A stretch of 64,000 bases of DNA from Candidatus Latescibacterota bacterium (GTDB taxonomy: Bacteria; Latescibacterota; CBDEFO01). Below, one piece after another: positions 9,408-18,167 of the stretch (position 1 is its first letter; each line of letters starts with the position of its first letter). The notes under the pieces are model-generated. The model was not told the origin of the DNA and made no database searches. It worked only from the letters and a program-made list of their open reading frames with translations. The position numbers were made by a program, and so were the translations under genes. The DNA lies in assembly GCA_965248755.1 (NCBI GenBank), contig OZ252149.1, positions 4,096,001 through 4,160,000 of the forward strand, in the 5' to 3' direction.

Positions 9408-10967
9408 TCATTTCGATTCGATACTTGAAACCGTGTCCTGGATCGGATCTCTATAGTCCGCATAGGCACTCTTTTCTATTCTGACCTGGTGTAGAACGTG
9501 CTCCACAGAGTGCTCCATTTTGCTCAAGAAGGGTCTGGGATAGACCCCTATGAATATGATCAAGAGGACTATGGGCGCAAGCACAAATATCTCTCTTATG
9601 TTGACGTCTTTCAATCTCCTGTTCTCCTCTTTTGTGATCCCTCCGAACATCACTCTCTGGAACATCCAGAGCATGTAGACAGCAGCGAAAATGAGCCCCG
9701 ACGTGGCGATTACGGCGTATACAATTGCTCCGTCGTTCGCTGAGACGAACGTTCCCAGGAGGATCAGGAACTCCCCGACAAAGCCGTTGAGTCCGGGAAG
9801 CCCTATCGAAGACAGCGTAAATATCAAAAAGAACGAGGCAAATATCGGCATCTGCCTTGAGAGTCCGCCGAACTCCGAGATCAGCCTGGTGTGTCTTCTA
9901 TCGTAGATCATGCCGACGATCAGAAATAGCGCACCTGTGCTCAAGCCGTGATTTATCATCTGAAGTATCCCGCCTGACATCCCCTCAGGCGTGAAGGCAA
10001 ATATCCCTAACATCACAAACCCCAGATGGCTGACGCTCGAATACGCAACTAACTTTTTGAGGTCCTTTTGCATCATCGCCACGAGTGCCCCATAGATTAT
10101 GCCGATGAGAGAAAGGACACATATCAACGGCGTAAAGTGAAAAGACGCTTCGGGAAAGAGGGGCAGGCAGAATCTTATGAATCCGTAAGTCCCCATCTTA
10201 AGCAGCACCCCGGCTAATATCACGCTTCCTGCAGTCGGAGCCTCCACATGGGCGTCAGGAAGCCATGTATGCAGAGGAAATAGGGGAACTTTGATGGCAA
10301 AAGCCAGTGCAAAGGCCAGAAAGAGCCAGTACTGGGTGTTCTTTGAAAGGGGCGTGGCGTAGAGACTCAAAAGGTCGAATGTGTATTGCCCTGTAGCCGT
10401 GTGATTTGCAAAATAGAGCGCAAGGATAGCGACCAACATTAGGGCGCTTCCGGCCATCGTGAAGAGCACGAACTTCATAGCCGCGTAGATTCTCCTTTCG
10501 TGTCCCCAGATCCCTATGATAAAGTACATAGGGATAAGCATCGCCTCCCAGAAGACGAAGAATAAGAACATGTCTAAGGCGCAAAAGACGCCGAGCATCC
10601 CCGCCTCTAAAAGCAGAAGTGAGGCGAAGAAGCCCCTTGTGCTCCTCTGTATAGCCGTCCACGATGCCAGAATGCATATAGGTGTGAGAAATGTAGTTAT
10701 AAGGACCAGAAAGAGACTTATTCCATCTATGCCGAGGTAATAGTTGATGCCGAGTTCTCCTATCCATTCGGACTTCTGGACGAACTGCATGAGGTGTGTG
10801 TCGGGATCGAATTTGAAGAACAGATACAGCGATCCGATAAACTCTACTGTTGAAAAGATGAGGGCGAGCAACCTTATGGCCCCTGCGTTTTCAGCCTTCA
10901 AAAGGGCTAATATAATAGCTCCTGCAAGGGGAAAGAATATGACGAATGTCAGTATCGGAAATTCCAT
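9408..10967 (-). CDS. nuoM: NADH-quinone oxidoreductase subunit M
   Basis: FWEAMLIPMY, KVPLFPLHTWLPDAHVEAP, LLKMGTYG, DLKKLVAYSSVSH. Confidence 0.98.
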   Translation of the reverse strand: MEFPILTFVIFFPLAGAIILALLKAENAGAIRLLALIFSTVEFIGSLYLFFKFDPDTHLMQFVQKSEWIGELGINYYLGIDGISLFLVLITTFLTPICILASWTAIQRSTRGFFASLLLLEAGMLGVFCALDMFLFFVFWEAMLIPMYFIIGIWGHERRIYAAMKFVLFTMAGSALMLVAILALYFANHTATGQYTFDLLSLYATPLSKNTQYWLFLAFALAFAIKVPLFPLHTWLPDAHVEAPTAGSVILAGVLLKMGTYGFIRFCLPLFPEASFHFTPLICVLSLIGIIYGALVAMMQKDLKKLVAYSSVSHLGFVMLGIFAFTPEGMSGGILQMINHGLSTGALFLIVGMIYDRRHTRLISEFGGLSRQMPIFASFFLIFTLSSIGLPGLNGFVGEFLILLGTFVSANDGAIVYAVIATSGLIFAAVYMLWMFQRVMFGGITKEENRRLKDVNIREIFVLAPIVLLIIFIGVYPRPFLSKMEHSVEHVLHQVRIEKSAYADYRDPIQDTVSSIESK

Positions 10968-10971
10968 TTAT

Positions 10972-11458
10972 CTATTCGCTGCCTTCTGATAACTTCCTTT
11001 CGAGGGCTTCTTCTCTATTGGCAACCTGTTTAATCTGTTCTCTAAGTAACTAAAATTGACCCCTAAACTCCTCTCTGAGATTCTCTTGAGATCTGGCTTC
11101 TTTGACGTTTCTGGAGATCTTAAAAGTTATAGCTAAAATAGCTACAAATAGGACAAGGACACCTAATCCTCCGAAAAGCCCCATCATAGTCGAACTAATA
11201 TCATCCACTCTTTTTTCAATCTCTGCTAATCCCCCTTGAAGGTTTGAGCTCCTCGATTCTAGGCTGACCATGCGTTCTTCCAGTGCGGTTAGACGCTCAT
11301 CATATACGTTTGTCCATACCCCTCAACTTCACCATCACGTCATTGAGCGTGTATTTGGATGATTCCTGTGCATAGACAGGAGCTATACACAAAAGACACG
11401 TTACTTAGGAAGATAGCAACTTTAATAGGAAGATAGCAACTTTTAGAGGTATTCTCAT
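10972..11458 (-). pseudogene. Disrupted signal-peptide / coiled-coil / TM protein
   Basis: MRIPLKVAIFL.. then VTCLLCIAPVYA-QESSKYTLNDVMVKL.. then YDERLTALEERMVSLE..GQF*LLREQIKQVANREEALERKLSEGSE*. Lesions: 20-bp tandem duplication at 11406-11443, frameshift near 11303, in-frame TAG at 11050. Confidence 0.7.
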
Positions 11459-11522
11459 TTCTCCCAACTTTCTGCCCCCGATTGAATCTATCGGGGGCTA
11501 CTGTATGCCTGTTATGCCCTAC

Positions 11523-13397
11523 CTATCTCAGAAAGTAGTATCCAAGTATTACGACTGTTCCCAGGACCATGGCGAGGGCGTAGTTTTGTATATAGCCCGA
11601 CTGCACTCGTTTCAGGACAGCGCTAAAGCCTCTTACAAAAAGTCCCACTCCGTTGACTATGCCGTCTATTATCCACATGTCAAACACGTTCGCAAGGAAG
11701 GTCGCAAATCCCCTGAAAGGGGCCAAGATGAGTGCATTGTATATTTCGTCCACGTAGTATTTGTTGGCCACAAGGATATACAGATCTCCCGCTCTATCGG
11801 CGATCTCCTCCGGCTTGATATAGCGTTTGATATAGATTATGTATGCCAGACCTATTCCCGCAAGTGCAAGGAGAACCGATATGGCAATAAGTGCCCCTTC
11901 AGAAAGCAGGGCAAACCCAGCACCCACTTCGGCTTGGGGTACTATTGCTCTCTCCAGAAAACTGTGTAACGGGCTGTGCTCTCCCATTCCGACCCAGCCA
12001 GCGATGACCGAAAATACAGCCAGAATGACCAGAGGGACGGTCATAATACGAGGCGACTCGTGGACGTGCGGTTCAACCTCAGGTTCTACTCTGGACTCTC
12101 CGAAGAAGGTCATAAATATTAGTCTGAACATGTAGAACGCTGTGAGAAACGCTGTAGCCGCACCCAGTGCCCATATCCCTATATTGCCTGAGGCGTACGC
12201 CTTTGATAGGATCTCGTCCTTGCTCCAGAATCCGCTCAAGGGAGGAATCCCCGAGATCGCAAGCGCTCCTATTATGAAAGTCCAGGCCGTAATCTTCATC
12301 TTTGAATAGAGGCCGCCCATCTTTCTCATGTCCAGTTCGTCCGACATAGCGTGCATCACGCTTCCTGCTGTCAGGAACATAAGCCCCTTGAAAAAGGCGT
12401 GCGTCATAAGGTGGAATATCCCGACGGAGTATGCTCCTATTCCCACAGCGATGAACATATATCCCAATTGGCTGACTGTGGAATAGGCCAGGACTCTCTT
12501 TATGTCGTTAGTTGTCAAAGCGATAGTCGCTGCGAATATCGCGGTGAAAGCGCCTATTAGAGCCACTACTTCCATTGAGAAGGGCGCAAGGTTATACAGG
12601 ACGTAAGAACGGGCGACCATGTAGACTCCCGCTGTGACCATCGTGGCGGCGTGTATGAGCGAACTTACGGGCGTTGGACCTTCCATCGCATCGGGCAGCC
12701 ATACGTAGAGAGGAAACTGAGCCGACTTGCCGACTGCGCCCATGAAGAGTAGCAGCGTTATGGCAGTGGCAACTCCTTGTGAGAGTTCCGTCGGAGCTGT
12801 GGAAAAGACGTCCACGAATTTCAGCGTTCCGAGGTGCATAAATATCAAAAAGAGCCCAAGAATAAAACCGAAGTCGCCGATCCTGTTGACTATAAATGCC
12901 TTTTTGCCCGCGTCGGAGGCGGACTTTTTCTCGTACCAAAATCCTATGAGCAGATACGAACAGAGTCCTACAGCCTCCCATCCGACGAACATCAAGAGGT
13001 AGTTGTTGGCAAGTACTAAAACGAGCATCGAAAAGACGAACAGATTCAGATATGTAAAGTATCTTGCGTATCCCCTGTCCCCGCGCATGTAGCCTATCGA
13101 ATAGATGTGTATGCATAGACTCACAGTAGTAACAACAAGGATCATCACTGCCGAAAGTTCGTCGAGCTTGAATCCGACTGTGGCTTCAAAACTTCCTGCC
13201 GCTATCCAACTATAAAGGTCGCCATCGAATACTTTTCCTTTTACCACGTCAAGAAAGGCTTTAATAGAGCAGAGCCAGGACAAGCCAATGGCTACGTTGG
13301 CAATATACGCGCTCTTTTCCCTGAGTTTACTCCCGAAGAGTCCGTTTATAAGAACTCCAGATAGGGGAAATAAGATTATCAATAGGATTAAGTTCAT
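11523..13397 (-). CDS. nuoL: NADH-quinone oxidoreductase subunit L
   Basis: GWEAVGLCSYLLIGFW, KSAQFPLYVWLPDAMEGPTPVS, FHLMTHAFFK. Confidence 0.98.
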   Translation of the reverse strand: MNLILLIILFPLSGVLINGLFGSKLREKSAYIANVAIGLSWLCSIKAFLDVVKGKVFDGDLYSWIAAGSFEATVGFKLDELSAVMILVVTTVSLCIHIYSIGYMRGDRGYARYFTYLNLFVFSMLVLVLANNYLLMFVGWEAVGLCSYLLIGFWYEKKSASDAGKKAFIVNRIGDFGFILGLFLIFMHLGTLKFVDVFSTAPTELSQGVATAITLLLFMGAVGKSAQFPLYVWLPDAMEGPTPVSSLIHAATMVTAGVYMVARSYVLYNLAPFSMEVVALIGAFTAIFAATIALTTNDIKRVLAYSTVSQLGYMFIAVGIGAYSVGIFHLMTHAFFKGLMFLTAGSVMHAMSDELDMRKMGGLYSKMKITAWTFIIGALAISGIPPLSGFWSKDEILSKAYASGNIGIWALGAATAFLTAFYMFRLIFMTFFGESRVEPEVEPHVHESPRIMTVPLVILAVFSVIAGWVGMGEHSPLHSFLERAIVPQAEVGAGFALLSEGALIAISVLLALAGIGLAYIIYIKRYIKPEEIADRAGDLYILVANKYYVDEIYNALILAPFRGFATFLANVFDMWIIDGIVNGVGLFVRGFSAVLKRVQSGYIQNYALAMVLGTVVILGYYFLR

Positions 13398-13463
13398 CTC
13401 AGGCTACCCTTAAATAGTAGACAGCGTACAGGGACGGGAGGAGGTGCCCCCTGTCTACTTGTC

Positions 13464-13766
13464 TTACCATTTCATCAGATTTATCTCATCCACGTTTATG
13501 GTCTCTTTATTTCTATATATAGCTATAATAATGGCGAGTCCGACGGCCACTTCTGCGGCTGCGACGGCCATTATAAAGAATACAAAGACCTGTCCAGAAG
13601 GTGAGTTCAGATATTTAGAAAACGCTATAAAGGCTAAATTTGCTGAGTTCAACATCAACTCCACACACATAAATATTACTATTGCGTTTCTTCTGGTTAG
13701 GACACCGATTACTCCAATTGAAAAGAGCACGCCGGAAAGGAGAAGATAATAGGAAAGCGGTATCAT
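13464..13766 (-). CDS. nuoK: NADH-quinone oxidoreductase subunit K
   Basis: [27 protein letters not shown]. Confidence 0.98.
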   Translation of the reverse strand: MIPLSYYLLLSGVLFSIGVIGVLTRRNAIVIFMCVELMLNSANLAFIAFSKYLNSPSGQVFVFFIMAVAAAEVAVGLAIIIAIYRNKETINVDEINLMKW

Positions 13767-14509
13767 TTTACCTCCTTCCCCGATGGGCGCTCGCGCTTTG
13801 CAAGGACTACAGCTCCGATGAGTGCTACCAGCAGGATCATGGATGCCACCTCGAACGGCAGTAGATAGTCCGTAAAGAGGAGCTTGCCCATAGTTTCAGC
13901 CGTTCCGATTCCTGTTATCTCGATATAGTTTTCCCACCGTACAAATATCAGATTGTTGGCGTTGACGATCAGTTGAAGAGCACGCGCCCAGGGGAGATTC
14001 TCTATCTCTATCCCTATGGGAGTAGTACGAGCTTTAGGATCAGTGATTGGAATGCTTGCTACCTTCTCTATTATCGTAAGGGCCTCGTTGAAAGGAACAT
14101 CGGGGCTCAAAGACATGAGCTCTTGTCCGATCTCCGAAGGAGGAATCGTAGTCTGCAGATCTTCTAGGGGCGACGCCCATTGTGCGATGCTCCCAAATTC
14201 GGCTATTAAAAGGACGGCGAGTCCTATTCCGACCAAGGACCCGTATTTGAGCCTTTCTCTGCCTGCGTCTGGACGACCTAAATTGAGGAGCATGATCACA
14301 AAGAGAAAAAGAACCATTATCGCCCCGGCGTAGACCAGGACCTGCACAGCCGCTATTAGCTCTGCTCCTAAAAGAAGAAACAATCCCGCCATAAAAAAGA
14401 AGGTCACAACTAATGAAAGGGCGCTGTATAGGGGATTTCGGAATATTACGACGAAAAGGGCGGAGATGAGGGCAATCGTTGCGAAGATGAAAAAAAGTGT
14501 TTCCATCAC
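13763..14509 (-). CDS. nuoJ: NADH-quinone oxidoreductase subunit J with about 75 aa insertion
   Basis: [20 protein letters not shown] and [24 protein letters not shown]; 248 aa against the usual 160-200. Confidence 0.96.
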   Translation of the reverse strand: MMETLFFIFATIALISALFVVIFRNPLYSALSLVVTFFFMAGLFLLLGAELIAAVQVLVYAGAIMVLFLFVIMLLNLGRPDAGRERLKYGSLVGIGLAVLLIAEFGSIAQWASPLEDLQTTIPPSEIGQELMSLSPDVPFNEALTIIEKVASIPITDPKARTTPIGIEIENLPWARALQLIVNANNLIFVRWENYIEITGIGTAETMGKLLFTDYLLPFEVASMILLVALIGAVVLAKRERPSGKEVK

Positions 14510-14511
14510 CT

Positions 14512-15528
14512 TTACGAGATCAACATTATGACGGTTCCCGTCACAAATATATTAAGCAGAGCCAGCGGAAGAAATACTTTCCATCCCAGGTTCATCAACT
14601 GGTCGTATCTAAATCTGGGCAGCGTCCACCGCACCCAGATAAACAGGAAAAGAAAGAATCCTGTTTTGATTACGAAGGACAAGAGCTTCAGAATGCTTGG
14701 CAGAAGTGATGTCGAGTCAGGGGATATGATCCAGGGCACGTTCCACCCTCCAAAGAAGAGCGTGACCATAAGGGCAGATGATGTGACCATATTTGCGTAT
14801 TCGGCCATATAGAACATTGTGAACTTCATGCTGCTGTACTCAGTGTGATATCCTGCCACGAGCTCCTGCTCCGCTTCAGCGAGGTCGAAGGGCAATCTAT
14901 TAGTCTCGGCGAACGCTGCGATCATAAAGAGCACAAAACCCAAAGGTTGTGTCAAGACGTTCCATTTCGGGATGAAGCCCCAATATCCCGATTGGAATTC
15001 CACCACGTCGTTGAGCCTCAAAGACCCTGTCATCATAAGGACACCAACTATAGAAAGCCCCAGGGCAAGCTCATAGCTTATCATCTGCGCAGAAGCACGC
15101 AGCCCGCCCAAAAGGGAATATTTGTTGTTGGACGCCCAACCCCCCAGGACAATCCCGTAGACCCCCAGTGAGGTAATAGCCAGTATATAGAGAATGCCTA
15201 CGTTTATATCGGCGATTTGAAGCTTTATGTCTCTTCCGAGCAGGGGGAGAGTATCCCCGAAAGGTATCACGGCAAATGTTATAAGAGCGGGGATCAAGAC
15301 CACCGCAGGAGCCATAACGTATATTACTCGGTCCACGTGATTCGGGATTATGTCCTCCTTAAAGAGGAACTTGAGTCCGTCGGCAACCGGCTGCAATAAT
15401 CCGAATGGACCCACTCTGTTGGGGCCGAGCCTGTCCTGTATGAAACCGCTTATCCTCCGTTCGGCAAGTGACAAATAAGCAACTGTGGTAAGCATAGCTC
15501 CCAGCACTACAACTATCTTGATTGTCAA
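14512..15528 (-). CDS. nuoH: NADH-quinone oxidoreductase subunit H
   Basis: ERRI..IQDRLGPNRVGP, AETNRLPFDLAEAEQELVAGYHTEYS, RFRYDQLM. Confidence 0.98.
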   Translation of the reverse strand: MTIKIVVVLGAMLTTVAYLSLAERRISGFIQDRLGPNRVGPFGLLQPVADGLKFLFKEDIIPNHVDRVIYVMAPAVVLIPALITFAVIPFGDTLPLLGRDIKLQIADINVGILYILAITSLGVYGIVLGGWASNNKYSLLGGLRASAQMISYELALGLSIVGVLMMTGSLRLNDVVEFQSGYWGFIPKWNVLTQPLGFVLFMIAAFAETNRLPFDLAEAEQELVAGYHTEYSSMKFTMFYMAEYANMVTSSALMVTLFFGGWNVPWIISPDSTSLLPSILKLLSFVIKTGFFLFLFIWVRWTLPRFRYDQLMNLGWKVFLPLALLNIFVTGTVIMLIS

Positions 15529-15536
15529 CTCTATTA

Positions 15537-16052
15537 TCAGGGTTCCATCTCCTCAATTTTCCTCAAGGCCTCGGGGACTTCATATAGAGAAGTGACCTTT
15601 GTCGTCGGCTCTGCTTCGGGGCCATCAGCGTCTATAGGGAACCGGTCGTTCCACCTGTGCAATATACATTTGATGCCGTATCGGTTGGCTCCCACGATGT
15701 CCGTATCCACCCTGTCTCCGATCATTACGACTTCGGACGGTTCTAATGTAAGGCGATCCAATGCGACTTGGAATATCCCGGGGTGGGGCTTGTCAGAACC
15801 TACGTCCACAGACGTTATCACGGCTTCAAACTTATCCTTCCAACCCATTATCTCAAGCGCTCTTTGTATATCGGGTTCACGAGATGTGATCGTGTTGCTA
15901 ACAAGGGCGAGTCTATATCTTCCTGACAGGTATTCGATAAGCTCGTCTGCGCCCTCTACCTTCAAGAAGACATCCTTTTGCCATATCGATAGGCCGCTGT
16001 CATCCTCGGCCATCAATGTATCTCCGAAGTCGAAAAATATTGCCTTGATCAT
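15537..16052 (-). CDS. HAD-superfamily hydrolase
   Basis: Motif I FFDFGDTL, VSNT, DKPHP, IGDRVDTD; likely start 16052. Confidence 0.9.
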   Translation of the reverse strand: MIKAIFFDFGDTLMAEDDSGLSIWQKDVFLKVEGADELIEYLSGRYRLALVSNTITSREPDIQRALEIMGWKDKFEAVITSVDVGSDKPHPGIFQVALDRLTLEPSEVVMIGDRVDTDIVGANRYGIKCILHRWNDRFPIDADGPEAEPTTKVTSLYEVPEALRKIEEMEP

Positions 16053-16073
16053 TTTGCCGAATGGGCAAACACC

Positions 16074-16143
16074 GCAGGGCGCTGGCCCGCGTGTGTGTCC
16101 TGAAATATGGATAAATCGGTCGAACACACAGGTTCGCCGCTAC
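16074..16143. repeat. Family D REP-like paired palindrome (GTAG type)
   Basis: ..CCCGCGTGTGTGTCCTG...GGTCGAACACACAGGTTCGCCGCTAC; related copies near 37700, 39612, 63708. Confidence 0.7.
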
Positions 16144-17448
16144 TTATTTAAAGGGGCATCTACCGAGCTTTACGTGCTCGTGGAACTCGTCTTTGAACTT
16201 GAGGACAAATCCAGCCGAAGGCCAGGCAAACGCCGCTCCGAAAGCGCAGACCGTTGTGAAGGGGAGCTTCATAAATCCGCATACGTTTTCCGCTACATCG
16301 ACTATTAAATCCATATCTTTCATCCGGCCATTTCCCTTTTCGATTCTCTCAGCTATGTTTCTTATCCAGGGCGCACCTTCTCTGCACGGAGTACACTGAC
16401 CGCACGACTCGTGAGCATAAAACTTCATAATGTTCAAAAGAGCGTCCACCATACAGACCGTCTCGTCCATCACTATAACTGCACCTGTCCCGATGTGGCT
16501 CATCACAGACCCACCACCCAGCGAAAAGGACTCCGGCGTCATCTCCACATCCAGATCATCGGGTCCCAGTGGCGGATAGGAAGATCCCCCAGGCAGGACA
16601 GCTTTCAGTTCATGCCCGTCCCTTGTACCGCCGGCGTAGCCGTAGATTATGTCCCTTAGAGGAGTGCCCATCTCAAGCTCGTATATCCCCGGTCTTTTTA
16701 CGTGCCCGCTTACGCAGAACACAGATGTCCCTGGCGTCTCTTGTGCACCGATACCCCTGAACCAATCTGCTCCGTTGTTGACTATTTGAGGTACATAGGC
16801 CAGAGTCATCACATTGTTCACCGTGGTGGGACATCCGAATATGCCCCTTTGGGCTGGAAATGGGGGTTTTATTCGTGGGTATGGCCTTTTTCCCTCTAAA
16901 GACTCCATAAGCCCCGTCTCCTCGCCGCAGATGTACGCCCCTGCTCCGAGATGGACGTACATATCCAAGCTGTAATCCGTGCCCAATATGTTTTTGCCCA
17001 GAAATCCCCTTTCGTAGGCCTCTTCTATGCACTTTTCTATCAGCTCTATCGTGTTGAACATCTCCCCGCGTATATAGTAGTAGCAGGTGCTGACCCTCAT
17101 AGCGTAGGATGCGATTATTGAGCCTTCGATAGTAAGGTGAGGATCGCCCTCCATAAGGACTCGGTCCTTGAACGACCCTGGTTCGCTCTCGTCCGCATTT
17201 ACACACAGATAGGAGGGGACCTTGGGCTCTTTGGGCATAAAATTCCATTTTAAGCCGGTCGCAAACCAGGCGCCGCCTCTCCCTTTGAGCTTAGATCTAT
17301 CCACGTCCTCTATGACCTGGTCGGGAGTCATCTTACTCAAAGCCTTTTCGAGGGCTTTGTATCCACCGTGCTCTATATAGACGTCTATATCCTGTATGTT
17401 GGGGACGTCAACATTTTTGAGAAGAATTCTCTTTTCTGGCATATGCAC
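16144..17448 (-). CDS. nuoF: NADH-quinone oxidoreductase subunit F
   Basis: NADESEPG, GAGAYICGEETGL, ESCGQCTPCREG. Confidence 0.97.
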   Translation of the reverse strand: MHMPEKRILLKNVDVPNIQDIDVYIEHGGYKALEKALSKMTPDQVIEDVDRSKLKGRGGAWFATGLKWNFMPKEPKVPSYLCVNADESEPGSFKDRVLMEGDPHLTIEGSIIASYAMRVSTCYYYIRGEMFNTIELIEKCIEEAYERGFLGKNILGTDYSLDMYVHLGAGAYICGEETGLMESLEGKRPYPRIKPPFPAQRGIFGCPTTVNNVMTLAYVPQIVNNGADWFRGIGAQETPGTSVFCVSGHVKRPGIYELEMGTPLRDIIYGYAGGTRDGHELKAVLPGGSSYPPLGPDDLDVEMTPESFSLGGGSVMSHIGTGAVIVMDETVCMVDALLNIMKFYAHESCGQCTPCREGAPWIRNIAERIEKGNGRMKDMDLIVDVAENVCGFMKLPFTTVCAFGAAFAWPSAGFVLKFKDEFHEHVKLGRCPFK

Positions 17449-17467
17449 TAATAGAGTAAATATTAAT

Positions 17468-17680
17468 CAGTAGGGAGGGCGCACTGCCTCTCTTCCCTTG
17501 AGATTGCCCTCGATTGAACCCCCGACAGATTCAATCGGGGGTCGGGGATTGCTTCGGGGGTCTGCTCATCGTAATGACAGAAGCCGAGAACAAAACAATG
17601 TCATTGCGATTCTCCTGAACTGCTATTCAGAGCAGACCAATCTCAGTCAGACTGCCTCTCGGCGTTTGCTGTCTATCTTT
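17468..17680. repeat. Composite B+C element containing a nested pair of family A palindromes
   Basis: GAGATTGC[A with inverted A inside]ATTGCTTCG...CGTAATGAC...TGTCATTGCGA...CAATCTC...GCTGTCTA. Confidence 0.85.
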
Positions 17681-17681
17681 C

Positions 17682-18167
17682 TCATTCCAATTTATCCAGA
17701 ATCCCGTCCACGTTCTCGTCCGTCAGATTCTGGTACAGGTCTTCGTTTACCAGCATCACAGGGGCCGTCCCGCAGGAGGCGAGGCATTCCACTTTTTCTA
17801 TCGAGAACCTCTTATCACCAGTCGTCTCCCCGATCTCCACTCTGAGTTTCTCTTTCAGATGTTGAACTAATGTCCTGGATCCTGTAAGCGCACAGCTTAA
17901 TGTGCTGCACACCCTTATATGATATTTCCCCACGGGCTTCGTTTTGAGCATAGGATAGAAGCTCACCACCGCGGCGACCCTCACAGGAGGTATCTCTAAA
18001 AGATCGGCGACGTACTTTTGAGCTTCTACGGTAAGGTAGCCCCCCATTTCATTTTGCACAACATGGAGGACGGGGATCATAGCGGCCTGTTTGTCGGGGT
18101 ATCTGGATATTATCCTTTGCAGATGTCCCTCAGTTTCCTTGGAGATATCCACTCTGTTCTGCATCAT
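17682..18167 (-). CDS. nuoE: NADH-quinone oxidoreductase subunit E
   Basis: CSTLSC...ECLASCGTAP 2Fe-2S ligands. Confidence 0.97.
   Translation of the reverse strand: MMQNRVDISKETEGHLQRIISRYPDKQAAMIPVLHVVQNEMGGYLTVEAQKYVADLLEIPPVRVAAVVSFYPMLKTKPVGKYHIRVCSTLSCALTGSRTLVQHLKEKLRVEIGETTGDKRFSIEKVECLASCGTAPVMLVNEDLYQNLTDENVDGILDKLE

Noticed and set aside
17498..17845. Small ORFs over intergenic repeats (17498..17845, 20334..20579, 35170..35388, 39468..39698, 55685..55888)
   Set aside because: Translations of repeat or promoter DNA without RBS or protein-like features
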